Source of the DNA: Podarcis liolepis
Lineage: Eukaryota
Reading direction: 5' to 3' (one strand)
Length of the DNA: 64,000 bases
NCBI GenBank assembly: GCA_965112155.1
Contig: OZ218099.1
A program made the translations under genes and the position numbers. Below are positions 38,568 through 50,918 of this stretch, piece by piece (the stretch's first letter is position 1; each line of letters begins with the position of its first letter). The notes under the pieces are model-generated. The model was not told the DNA's origin. It worked only from the letters and a program-made list of their open reading frames with translations, and did no database searches.

Positions 38568-38603
38568 GAAGAGAAAATCCATTCTGGAGAGACTCTTCTT
38601 CAT
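38568..38603 (+). other. SLC6A6: Candidate 36-nt non-coding exon 2 of SLC6A6
   Basis: Long T-rich tract then GAAACAG| acceptor; donor CAT|GTAAGT. No ATG within it and none created on splicing to 56354. Confidence 0.5.
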
Positions 38604-38754
38604 GTAAGTGTTATTAATGCTCGTTAATGAAAATAGCGAAATATTAGCAGTGCAGCTCAGATGTTCCAGAATTCCAAATGTTCACCATCTGCTCATAGGA
38701 CAGTAAAACTGCTTGCAGAAAATAAGCTACTGTCATGTAGTGATAAATACTCAG

Positions 38755-38755
<1 letters not shown>

Positions 38756-38797
<42 letters not shown>
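38756..38797. repeat. (ATT)14 microsatellite
   Basis: Read directly from the sequence. Confidence 0.95.
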
Positions 38798-40843
38798 GGG
38801 TGGGAACTACATAAGAATTGGGGCTGCTGGACGTGGATGTCTGCTCCCTCTAGCAGAGCCTCTTCTTACTCCTGTGTATAGTTAAGGTGATCTGTGATCA
38901 GAACATGTGCACAGATCATCCCATTCTGGATCAGTGTTTTGTTTTGCATATATTCTTACCAACTTTGTGAAGTGGGGTTCCTATTGTTTCAAATTTACAA
39001 AATAGTGGTTGAGAGAGCAAGCGATTTGGGCCAAACTAGAAATGCTGCTGTTAGTAGTAGTAGTTATTGTTGTTGTCGTAGTATTAGTAGCCAACAAACT
39101 CTGACTTGAATTTGCAGTTTGACAAAAGTGCTGGGTTTCATGTGAACAAGTAGGTAACTGCTATTGCCCTCATTTTAGAAATAGAAGTTGATGAAGAGTA
39201 ATCAGCACTGCAATCACAGGTACACTTACTAGAGAGTAAGTCCTTTCTCTCTCTTTGAACTACATGGGACTTACTTCAGAGTAAATATGCTTAGGATTGC
39301 ACTGTAAGAGATTTCTCCAAGGCCATAGAGCAAATCAGTGTACGAGCTCAGTATAAATTTTCCTGCTGCCATTCCTGTGCTGAAATACACTTTGTTTTTC
39401 TTGGATTATATAACATAATCCAAGTTAGTATTTGCAAAGTTGGCGTGTGCATATGTGCGTGTGGCCTCAGTATGTAGATATTGTAAGCTTTTTCTACGAT
39501 TTCTTGGCATTACTTGTTGACAGCCATGAATATAAGTATATATAGACAATTACCAGTCCCCTTCCCCTTCAAAGAACAGCAACAGGATGCAGTCAGTCTG
39601 CTGATCTATGTATCACAGGGCAGTTTGAGGTCTGGCAAACTATTTATTTACATGAAACAGTGACTCACCCAGGATGAATGAGCAAGAGTCTTAACCACTA
39701 GGTTGTGCTAGAGAGCCAGTCCCAGCAGCCATCAATGTTGTTTTGTGTAGTTGCATTATGCAACTCCTTTTACTAAATGTTCCCTTCCTCTGCATGAGCA
39801 TCATTCTCAGACCAAATGGAGCAGCAGGTTGCAGTAAAACAGTTTTATATTCTGCTCATGGACTGGGCTTACTTGCAAATTCTGGCTGGTTACTTACAAA
39901 GACGTTGTCTAAGCCCATAAGTTTGGGTACACCCACTAAGACTACACCCATGTACACATACCCTTCTAAATAGTAATAACCATGCCGTATCTCAAACTGC
40001 TTATGAGTTTCCCTTCAGTTTAACCATGCATCAAGAGGGCTGCTGTTTGCGAAACACAGGACTAAAGAACCCCTTGGACACATTATACTAGCTGCACAGT
40101 TCTTTTGAAAATTTGCCTCTGTGTTCAAAAACATAATTAAATTTGTAAATTTAATAAAGGTAAGGATTCACTTAGGTTTAAGTTTTTTGCTTTTGTTTTG
40201 ATGGAGCAGAATCTGCTTTGGAGAGGAAAATTGTTGCATTCCTTTGTAGTATGGAGTCTGTTTTATATGACATTCTCTGTGCACACTGTCCGTAACTCAG
40301 TGGCAAACTCAGGAATGTTAGCCCTGGGTAAAGGTCTAATAAAACAATGGGTTTTTGGTTTTTTTTAAGTAAGTATTTAGCTATAGTGCTGCCCTATGTT
40401 TGCATAACAATGGGTTCATGTAGCTAAAAGCTATGGTAACAAATGTTCTTATGCGGCTGAAGTACTAGTTGAGCTAGAATAAAAAGCAGCTTGTGCAGCA
40501 CACTCTCCATAGGTAATCATTTATGTGCTGAGTACCTCCATTTGTAGAGGCAAATTTGATTGCAAACATCTTTTGCCTTCAAGCCATGGCCTTGTTTTGC
40601 ATGATAAACTAGCAGTGCATTCAGATTTAAGGGAACATTGCAAAATATTGCGATGAGGAAAATGGAAGAATTTCCTCCTTTCTGCCTTAATTCTCAACAG
40701 ATGTGGGTATAGGTTTTGAAGATTTCCCTCCTTGCCTCCTCCTCTTGGGATGTATGAGATGCCTGCCAGCCACACCATAGGCTAGTCTTTGCCAACTTAG
40801 TACCCTCCAGCGGTGAGAGGAGTTGTAGGTGAACATCTGACCA

Positions 40844-40887
40844 TTGGTGTCTGAAGAAGTGTGCATGCACACGAAAGCTCATACCAA
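40844..40887 (+). ncRNA. Minimal type I hammerhead ribozyme motif
   Basis: Helix I UUGGUGU/AUACCAA; core CUGAAGA (40851-40857) plus an extra A; helix II GUGUG-CAUG-CACAC; GAAA (40873-40876); vestigial palindromic helix III AGCU; predicted cleavage after CUC at 40880. Confidence 0.7.
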
Positions 40888-40940
40888 GAACTAACTTAGT
40901 TGGTCTTTAAGGTGCTACTGGAAGGAATTTTTTTATTTTG
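40850..40940 (+). mobile_element. 91-bp Penelope-like retroelement fragment
   Basis: Flanked by a perfect 17-bp direct repeat ACATCTGACCATTGGTG (40833-40849 and 40941-40957). Contains a hammerhead motif and TTAGTTGGTCTTTAAGGTGCTACTGGA, resembling reptile Penelope terminal repeats. Confidence 0.75.
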
Positions 40941-43690
40941 ACATCTGACCATTGGTGATTCTTGCCGGAGCTGAGGGGATTTGGAGTGCCAACACCATAA
41001 GGAGGACACCAGGTTGGGGAAGGCTGCCAAAGGCAGGCCATCCCAGGCCATGGTTAGCCAATTAGAGAAATGGACGATAGAACCCCATTTTGTGTGTTTT
41101 TCCTAGTACAGTACAGTGGCACACAGTCCATTTGCACATTTCATCCTCTGCAATACAACATGCAAAGGTCCCAACAGATGCCATTTAATAAGATGTTTCT
41201 CCATGGGAGCAGTGTTTAAAGTGCTCACTGTCATTATTGCCACCTCACGATCCAGCATCTTCTGCGCCTGTTAAGCCTGATAGCAGTAATATTAATGGTA
41301 GCTGAGTGCAGGGACTTTGGTGAGTGGTTAGGGGTAAAATGGTGCTGTCCAGAGAAAATTAAAGTTTACTTGTAGGAATGGGAGAACTGGGATCTACTAG
41401 CTTCTTGGAGGAAACTCCCAGCCTAGACAGGCAAACCCATCAAATGAGCATAACATAGAAACTCAGTCCCCTTGGCCTCATTGGATGTCATAATTGGCCA
41501 GCTCAGTAAGGTGCAGGGCCTCTCTGGATGGTTAGCATGATAGAGAGACAGAGTTTCTAAACAATTAAACCATCACCGTTCCTATTTTCAAATGAGGGTT
41601 AGCTGCATGTGCATGTGCTGGACAGCAGAACTAGTGAAGGGAAAGGGTCAGACTGGATGCCTACATACCACTGAGGTATGCAGGGAAATTGTGGGTCTTG
41701 TGTTTTTAAATGGCCTACTACACACATGCCTTCCCAGTAACCCTCAAAAACAGGCTGAAGACAGTGGTTTCACATGCTCATTGCCCTCCAGCTACCTTGA
41801 AATGTTAACAACATAGAGCAGCACCCACACATGAGTTCTTGGCCCCTGGAGTTGGGAGGTAGGCTAAAGGCCAGTCTGGTGTGTCTTTTCTGTGCCCATT
41901 GCTGGATTGGGAAAAGGAATTGGCTTTGGAGAATACTCTGTTCTGATTAGTACATTCCTTGGGCTCAATTTGCTCTCTGCAAAGGCCATTTAACCTGCAA
42001 AATGTAATGCTTCCTCACTGTGTAAAGCTGGGGGCAGAGGAGGCATTAGCTCCAAACTTTCCCCTCCTTCAAGTTCTTTAAAAAGCAAGGAGGAATGCCA
42101 TGTTGTGCTTCAGAGGACAAGAGAAAGGAAAAACAGGTGTCCATTCTCCAAGCCCAGTTCCTCTACAGCCCTCTGCTTGAGCAGGGCATTTTTCTCCTTT
42201 TTCCCCTTGCCCTTTTCCTTCTCACTCTGTGAATATCTTTCACACATCTACATGTAGAAAAGGAATGGGATATAACAACAAAAAAGGAGATAAATACACA
42301 GACTGCAAAAAGTGCCATGGGTCTTGATTTGTACACATATGTATCATATGTGTACAAACCTGGGTGTGCATATAATATATAACAGTGTGCCCCTTTATTA
42401 CCTGCTTAGACATGTATCAGTAAAGTGAAACTGGAAGTCTTGATGCTTCCTTTTCTGCATATCCAGATAACCTGTGAAGACTCTTCTTCATATACATCTT
42501 TCTATACGTTTATTTTTGCTCATAATCTCTATAGTGTTTCTGGCTTAGTGCTTTGGCTTTTTGGACTGCTGCAGCATGAATTTTTAAATGGGAGTTAAAT
42601 GCTCTCATGAGAGTTAAAACAGGCACATTGTCAAATACTAGATTTGTTAAAATGTACAGTAATTTTGGAACGGTATCCTCTTCTTAGTTAAGATACTTTT
42701 TCCTTTTTTAAACTTGACATTTAACAAAATTAAATCCTCTGCAGCAGTGTTAATTTTGAGGGAGCAGTGTATAGCCCTTAAGTATAAATACTTCTTAAGG
42801 CAGTTGTGCTCAAGTATTTCAGAGATGGTGGAATGATCTGAGCCTTTTCAGACAGAAATGCATTCTCAGAGATGGTCTTTGTCATGATCTAGGATTGTTT
42901 TTTGAAGCAGGTCATTTCTTAGTATGGAAAGTGGATTGCTCATAGCTATCGCCAGTCTCATTTGTAACTGTAATGCTAAGAAGGAACCATCTTACTGTAA
43001 TCATTTTGCGTCAAATACTACCATCATTCATTACTTTCTATCAGTGCCTCACCCTATGGAGGAACCAGCACTGCCCATCCGCATTGAGGAGGGGACAGAA
43101 GTTCCAACGGGTGAGTGCAGCTAAGGTGGGATGCTTGTGAAATGGGGGGGAGGCATGTTTGTACATGGAGCTTGATGCCTCGTTTGTGTTTATCCATATG
43201 TCACTGAGAGTTCTAGGAATGTTATATGCAAACATTTACAACATTTTTTGTCCCCCCCCCCAAATGTGCTATGTTGGCAGTGCCAGCCCTCAGATGATCT
43301 ACAGAAAAGTTGCACCATTTCCAGTCACCCACTATGCTTCTGCCACATCCCATCATTACATCCGGACTTTGCAGCTCTCATAATTTTATTGCCAGTCTAA
43401 GGGGTGTGGACATTTATAACTATTCAGCTTGCAAAGAATGAGGTGCACTCCAGAGTATGTGGCCCCATTGATAGGAATGTCGCCCTGGATTGCTCACAAT
43501 ATTTTACAAATATTCCGGTAGATGACATAGTTTTCTTCCTTTAATTTTGAATAATTGCTCTTTATTCTGTCTTTTCTGAGAAATTGTCTGTCATAATGAA
43601 CATATGTAGGGGAACATAGGAAGATAATAAAACCGACAAATGCTTAAAGCAGAAAAATGTTACTTACCTGTTACAGAAGGCACACATATA

Positions 43691-43859
43691 CCATATTTTT
43701 CGCTCTATAACACGCACCCGACCATAACACGCACGTAGTTTCTAGAGGAGGAAAATCCGTAGGCATGCCACCCGTAGGCATTCCCTCCATAACACGCACA
43801 GACATTTCCCCTTACTTTTTAGGAGGAAAAAAGTGAGTGTTATGGTGCAAAAAATACGG
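43691..43859. mobile_element. Tc1/mariner-superfamily MITE with CCGTA-type TIRs (169 bp)
   Basis: TA|CCATATTTTTCGCTCTATAACAC ... GTGTTATGGTGCAAAAAATACGG|TA; internal repeats ATAACACGCAC (3 copies) and CCGTAGGCAT (2 copies). Confidence 0.85.
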
Positions 43860-45965
43860 TAATTCCTCTACTCGAGGGGAGAATAATTCACCCAGAATAA
43901 GTTACTGTTACAGCATTTCAGATTAGATTTATTGGGCAACATACATAATGGAAATTTGCTTGTGCAACAGGACTAACACTTTCTTTTCTCTTTTCCACCC
44001 TGCAGCCCCCCCACCCCCAAAATCTGCTCCAGAAGATTCCCCCAACACACCAGAGCAGATACTGGGGCCATTTGTGGGGGGAGGCTGCAGGGGAGAGGAG
44101 AGAGGAAGGGAAAGCTTTGTTGTGCAAGCTGACACTCACTGCATTGAATCTCTCCCTTTTGTTTAAAATCTGGGTTCACCTCATTGGAGTCAGATAAGGA
44201 TACTATCAAAATGAGGAATGCTTTATTCTGAATTTTGATTGAAAGCACGTTTGACTTCCTTAAAAAGCAGCACAAAATCCATGTTTATTGAAAACTGCTG
44301 TCATCCCCCAATCACTCATGCTTTGTCTTATTTCCCTGTTCTGCAAGCAAACTGGAAAAATATGCATTTAATTTTATTTTTTAAAGTCTCATTTTCTGTT
44401 GTTTTGCTTTTGTAAAGATGTTGCCATAGCAAACTTCATTCACATCTCCATAGCATTATTATTATTATTAGTAGTAGTATGAAATTGCAAACATTTTCCA
44501 TTTGGTCATAGTTTCATTTTTCTGCCACAAGGTAAAAGAATAAAAATTCAAAATGCAAATTGCATACTAAAGGTTGAGTGACCATAACCATGGATATCCA
44601 TTAATTTTGTTCAGACTGGTTGCTTTGTACCCTCTTCAAATTAATGTTGTGGTTCTGCATGCTTCTGAAGTGCAAAAAGTGTGTGTGAGATTAACACAAA
44701 CTAAATATAAATAATGGTATTAAAAGCATTGTCTGAAATCAGTGGCAACTAATAGAAGAGATAAACAATTTCTTTCTTGCTTTATTTCACAGTAATTTTC
44801 AGTATAGGTTATTACCACTTCTTGGTAAGAATGTTCAGGGCAAGTAGGCTCCATGTACCATGACAGAGCCGGACAGTTCTTTTTCTTGATTCAGGAACTG
44901 ATTCCACATTCACTCAAGTGAAACTCCTAACTGAAGTCAAAATTAAAATCAGTGGCTTTGTTGCTGTTGTTGTCTATAGGTGAAAGTGTAGGTTAAGTTC
45001 TCTGTTTGCAAATTCTGCTTTGCAAAGCATGATATATAGAAGTGGGCTGCATGTTTCGGTTTCTTAGAGAAATGAAATGCTTATTTTAATCCTGATCTGA
45101 TTAGTCAACAGAAGGATTTGCAAAAAGCAACAGCGTAGCATTTTCTTGCATCTGATTGCCAAAGTTTTTGTTGGTAATATATATTGTGCTGAAAATAATT
45201 TTCTGATTTAAAATTGGATCTTCTATCACACATTCTTCAGGAAAACTGTTAAGAATTATACAGATGGCTAGTGACTTATATGACCCCAAGGTTATATGCA
45301 GAAGATTTGAAATTTGGAAATAATTGGTAGACCCATAAGTATAGTGAAATATATTCCTATTACAGAATCATTTTAACTATAAGAATAAATGTTTCCTAAT
45401 CTTAAATGCTTATAGACATAAAGGGCACCCCTATGCATGACTTCTAATTGGGACTTGCTCCTAGGTACATATGCATAGGATTTCAGATAAACAACACATA
45501 CACAGGTCCTAGGCTCCTCTACAACCAGCTTCCTTACTAATCCAGTGTTTCCATTCAGCTATCCATCCTTCCTACTCCCTTTTCCCAGGCTTGTGGAGAG
45601 TTTATAGTCTTGCCATCCCTTGGTCCCAAAGGATTTCCCTGGCTTCTTCCCATATAAAAAGGATTGAGAGATGCCAGTTGGCACACTTTCTGACTAGGGA
45701 GGGGAAGTTGTAGTGGAGTGTGTGCCTCAGGAAGTAGCGGCAGGTGCTCAGTTGGGGCAGTGGTCATATGTAACAGATGACTACTCCCTCACCACTTTGA
45801 GCATATCTGTGCCACAGTCATAAATTGTTGTTGGGCACCATGGCTTTAGCCAAGTGTTATCTTATTGATGCTGTGTTGGTGATCCCAGAAGTGCTTTTTC
45901 TAGGATTTATTTGGATACGGTTTAAGGTCATGCCAGAACCATTTCTAGTGTGCAATGCAGACATT

Positions 45966-46373
45966 GGCCTGGTGCACATGAAATGCTAAGCCAAAACTTG
46001 GTTTAGTGAGACCATGCAACTGTGTGGGCTGCTGGAGAAGAGCTCACAGCCACTTTTCTCCTCCAAATTCTTCCTGCCATGCTGAGCAAAGCCAAGGTTT
46101 GAGTTAGTGTGCCATCCAAACTGGGACTTGTGGTTAGGTTCCACTTACCCACAAGTTGTAATCAAGGCTTGTATTTTGTTATAGCTCTTGGTTAGTGAGG
46201 ATAGGAGATTAACCACGAGTCCTGGTTTGGATGGCATGATAAACTAAGCCTGCTTGGCATGGTGCAAAAGAATTAGGAAGGAGCAAAGCAGCTGCAAACC
46301 CTTCTCCAGGAATGTGTACTCCTTTGGTCTGGGTAAGTCAAGGCTTGGTTTAACTTGTCATGTGCAACCAGCC
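45966..46373. mobile_element. Old fully palindromic MITE (~410 bp)
   Basis: Ends GGCCTGGTGCACATGA / TCATGTGCAACCAGCC. Inner arms 46110-46136 and 46210-46236 are reverse complements at 24 of 27 positions. Confidence 0.7.
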
Positions 46374-49177
46374 AGTCTCTCAGCCACATTCTCACATACC
46401 CATTAAGTAGCTACTTAAGTAGTCTCTGGAGTAATTAAATTAGTCATGATGCTGTTGCCGCATAAGAAAGGAGGGGGGTTGATGAGACTGGAAATAAGAG
46501 GAGAAAGTGTCTTGAAGCAGTAGCAGGGGCTCACTTAGCATGTCAAAGGGCACCCTATGAATGCTACTTGTCTAAAATCAGGGCAGGAGTAGCCATTTTA
46601 ATGTACCATCTTGCTAAAGGTGCAGTGGAGAATCCAGTGAGTGGGTGAGCTATGGAGAGTGAGGAATCAACGTTGACTCTAGGCAGTGAGTCAGTCTGTT
46701 CTGTACCCACATAAGTGCATAAACAGTAGGCTTCTGTCTTCTTTGCTGCTGTTTCACCATCAGTGTGCATGTGTGTGGCTAGGAAAGTAAGGAAACAACA
46801 GATGATGAGAGCTTTTTTGAGGGGTGGGGGGGTGTTTCTGCTGTTTTGCCACTCAGAAAAGAACAAGTAGTTCAGTGTGAGTTTCCTCACTAGCAGGTTT
46901 ATGTAGCTTAGAGCATTTTCTCTGTAGAAACATCCTGATCCCTTTCTGTTTCACCTTTTGTTCCCAGCATTCTGGTGACTGACCATAGAACTTCATTTCC
47001 TCTTTCAAATATGATAAAATCTAGTTTCTGTTCAGTTGTTTCTTTTCTCTTTTCCCGTAAATGGAAGCCCAACTCTAAATGAAGCAAATTGTAGCAGACT
47101 TCATAAAGAAAGATGTTATCAGACACCTTCAAGATATATCCATTAGCTGTTATTGGTTCTTTTTATCATCCCAGTAGCTCTGATCTTTACTTCCATTTGT
47201 CTGTACCCACAAACCATGACATTTGCCTTGGTGACTGAGTGGCAACTGAAGTAACGTATCCTAGTTGTCATGAATGTGTGAAGCGGCTAGTCCTCAAAGC
47301 GTCGCTTCCTGACTGGTAGCAACCATCCATAATCTCAGATGGCTTTTCGTCCTTAGCCATGCCACTTGAGATATTTAACACACACACCTAGAAATCCCAG
47401 GGGCAGAATCCATAATCATTTTTATGTGCTTTACCACTGGTATACCTTCATCAGCACAATTGGATGCCTTCATCTGTCCCAGCTGCAACAGAATATGCTT
47501 CTCCCCTATTGGCCTCTGCAGCCACAGCAGGTGCTGTAACTCTCTAATGCTTTGACTTCATCCCTGAAGACTCACTCCTTCATTATTTCCCGATGGATGC
47601 CAACCAACCACTGAGCTGTGGCCCTGTTTCCAGTTTTAGAGCAGATCACATTGTTAGTGATGCAATGAAATCTCTAATAATACACTAGATTTGCTGTGTA
47701 ACTGTACTGTGTAACCTGGGTTGGTTGCTCTTAATAGGGGCCAACATGAAGATGTTAACAGTGCCTGCCCACATTGTTTCTGCATCTCTTCCCATTGTGC
47801 CACACAAAATACATTTCCGTCTGTGATTGTCAGGGCAATGGAATGATTCTGACGTTGCATGCTGTGACATCATTGTCAGGCAAAGTGTGCTCTGGTTGTG
47901 GATGGGAAAGTGGCCTGAAGAACAAATCACTGATGCAGATAGTTGATGGTGGCACATAACGAGCTGAAATGAAATATAAACAGAAGACATTCAGATGTAC
48001 TCCAGGCAATATTAAATGTATGTGAATAGCATTTGTGAGCGCCTGCTTTCTGTGTATCCCAGAATTTTAAATAAGAGGCACTTGTCATTTGAATTGCACC
48101 TAATACTGTAAGTTTTTCAGGTGCAGTTAGTCACCTCTGAAATTTTGTCCAGCACCAAACAGTAACATTTTGCACTCTTGCATCTGGAGTGATGATGTAA
48201 TGATCAAAGCAGCAGTTTATCAAGAGAAAGCAGCAGGAAGCTTGTGCTCCTTTCTGGATTATTGTCAATCATTAGCCTTTTAGCTAGCTCACCCCCAGGG
48301 GTGTTAATTGAGATCAGAAGTTGGTTTGTTATGAACAAAAACAACCTTTAACCAGGCCACTTCTCCTTACTGAATTAACAATACTTGCAGCAGGATATAA
48401 CAGCTTTCAGTCCTTCATCTGTATTCTGTTGATGCCTGCCACCATTTCTTTCCTGCTCTGTTAGTTTATGGAAGCAGTCCTGATGCCTAAAGAGTGTGGT
48501 GTTGTTTTGACTCTGGAGAGCAATGAAAGGGAAGCCTAGATGTCCTGTTTCTGGGACAGTGTCTGATAGTGAGTGTATTCCAAGCACACCTACTTCAAAG
48601 ATCCATTCCTTTCATGGTATGGAAAACATGTCTTCAAACAAATTTATGTGGTGAATTTTGTCTCCACTTAATATACCCACACTTTCTCAGGAACAATTCT
48701 TGGGATCTCATGATGGTTTAAAAATGTGTACTGCATCTGTGAAGAGCCCAGTTTTTATGTGACATTGGGTTTGTTTGGGTGATCATGACTTGGCCAAGAT
48801 ATGAACCAGCTTTTTGCCTGCTTAGGTAGCCCCATAACACCTCCTTTTATGCAAGCTGCAGGTCTCCAATTAGCCCACAGTTTCTCATATTAACTGGGAA
48901 ACTATGGTTATCACCCTTGGAACAAGCCAGGATCTTAAACCATGGTTATTAAACTGAGACACAATGTGTCTTTAGGGAATCCCAGGTAATACTACATGCA
49001 GACAATAATGACAAGATGAATTGACGCATAGCATGGTAGGGTCAATCTGGAGGTGACAGGTGGGCAGCTTTGATACTAAAGAGCCTCAGTTTAACACTGC
49101 AAGCTTTGCACTTTTTGGCTAAATTACAGCCTAAACATGTTTGGCAAGATAGGATGACTCTGTGCTATCTGCTACAG

Positions 49178-49432
49178 CATGGGTAGGCAAACTAAGGCCC
49201 AGGGGCTGGATCCGGCCCAATCGCCTTCTAAATCCGGCCCGCAGACAGTCCGGGAATCAGCGAGTTTTTACATGAGTAGAATGTGTCCTTTTATTTAAGA
49301 TGCATTTCTGGGTTATTTGTGGGGCATAGGAATTCATTCATTCTCCCCCCCCCCCCCCAGTATAGTCCGTACCCTCACAAGGTCTGAGGGACAGTGGACC
49401 GGCCCCCTACTGAAAAAGTTTGCTGACCCCTG
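49178..49432 (-). mobile_element. hAT MITE family B copy 2, full length
   Basis: CATGGGTAGGCAAACT...AGTTTGCTGACCCCTG; perfect 8-bp TSD TGCTACAG (49170-49177 and 49433-49440). Confidence 0.9.
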
Positions 49433-50676
49433 TGCTACAGGAAAGTGCTACTTTAGGCAAGATAGGATGACTGTGCTATCTGCTACAGGAAAGTGCTACT
49501 TGCTCGTTTCTGCCTCTTACTCATTTATGAGCACTGTTCTGTTCCAGCATTATTAGCCAGTCAGATTATGGTGCCTGATCTTATAGTATAAGCCTTCATA
49601 GAACATCAAGCTGAAATGATGAGAACCTAGCTAAATAAAAAGAGTTGTTTCTTGTGCTTGTACTGGCTTAACTAAACCATCACACCTCCGTGAGATGATC
49701 ACACTGATCTCATTACTTCCCCTGCTTATATGTACAAAAGCATAGTGTGTTAATTATACAGATGAAAAGGGCAAGGGGTCTTACCCATGCCTAGATAATT
49801 TCAAATACTGGTGCAGTGTGCATTGCCATTTTGCTCATTAAGATGTAAGTTCTTTACATTTCCTCACAATTGAATATTTTTTAATCCTTTCCACTGCTTC
49901 TACACATACAAAGACATGAGACATTGTGATATAAGCAACTTTCACTCTAGGACTTTGCAGTTCATAGTACGCTTTGCTTGTACTTTGAAACATCCTCAGT
50001 TCATTGCAGAGCAGCACATAATGAAAAATAAAACAGATAAGCAGAAGGCAGTATAAATGGCATGTGGCAATCTGCTTGGAAGGTGCATTAAGATAAACGA
50101 GATAAGTAAAACTGAAGCATGTTCTTTCAAAATAGCAAAGCCCAGAAGTTTTTGCTGTTCATTATACAGTGGAAAGGAGTGAGTCCTCTAGTAATGTGTG
50201 TGCTTAGTAGTTAATGTTTTGTTTAAAATCTCTGGCTCCCAAAATTACTAGGAGGCAAAAGAAATTGCTGGCAGACCTAGAGACCACCCATCTTGGTTCT
50301 AGTGTGTGTTTTGATCACTGAGGTTTTGGATTACCAAATTATGTGAATGTGCCTTGGGGTCATGCGTGCCTCTCTCCCTGGTGCAGCTGCAAGGAAGCTT
50401 GAGCTTCCATTTTCAACTATCCTCAGTTCCATTTTTTAGTTGGCCACATTTCAGCGTTATGCCTGAAAGTAGATAAACCGGCTAGGCTTAGCTATGCTTT
50501 AACGAGACAAGCCAACCAAACCATGGTTTATGAAGCTGTGTTGTTTCACTCAACCAAATACCAATTCCAGTCTTGGTAGGAGTGGATGCCATTGCTTATG
50601 TAGCCAAAATGGTTCTATCCACTTACAAAAGGAAATAATCAGCAGGCTTGGGGGAACCTCATGGTTTGCAGAAATA

Positions 50677-50918
50677 CAGTGGTACCTCGGGTTACATACG
50701 CTTCGGGTTACATACGCTTCAGGTTACAGACTCCGCTAACCCAGAAATAGTACCTCGGGTTAAGAACTTTGCTTCAGGATGAGAACAGGAATCGTGTGAC
50801 GGTGGCGTGGCAGCAGTGGGAGGCCCTATTAGCTAAAGTGGTGTCTTGGGTTAAGAACAGTTTCAGGTTAAGAACGGACCTCTGGAACAAATTAAGTATG
50901 TAACCAGAGGTACCACTG
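50677..50918. mobile_element. Tc1/mariner MITE family A copy 3
   Basis: TA|CAGTGGTACCTCGGGTTACATAC ... GTATGTAACCAGAGGTACCACTG|TA, with an internal tandem CGGGTTACATACGCTT. Confidence 0.9.
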
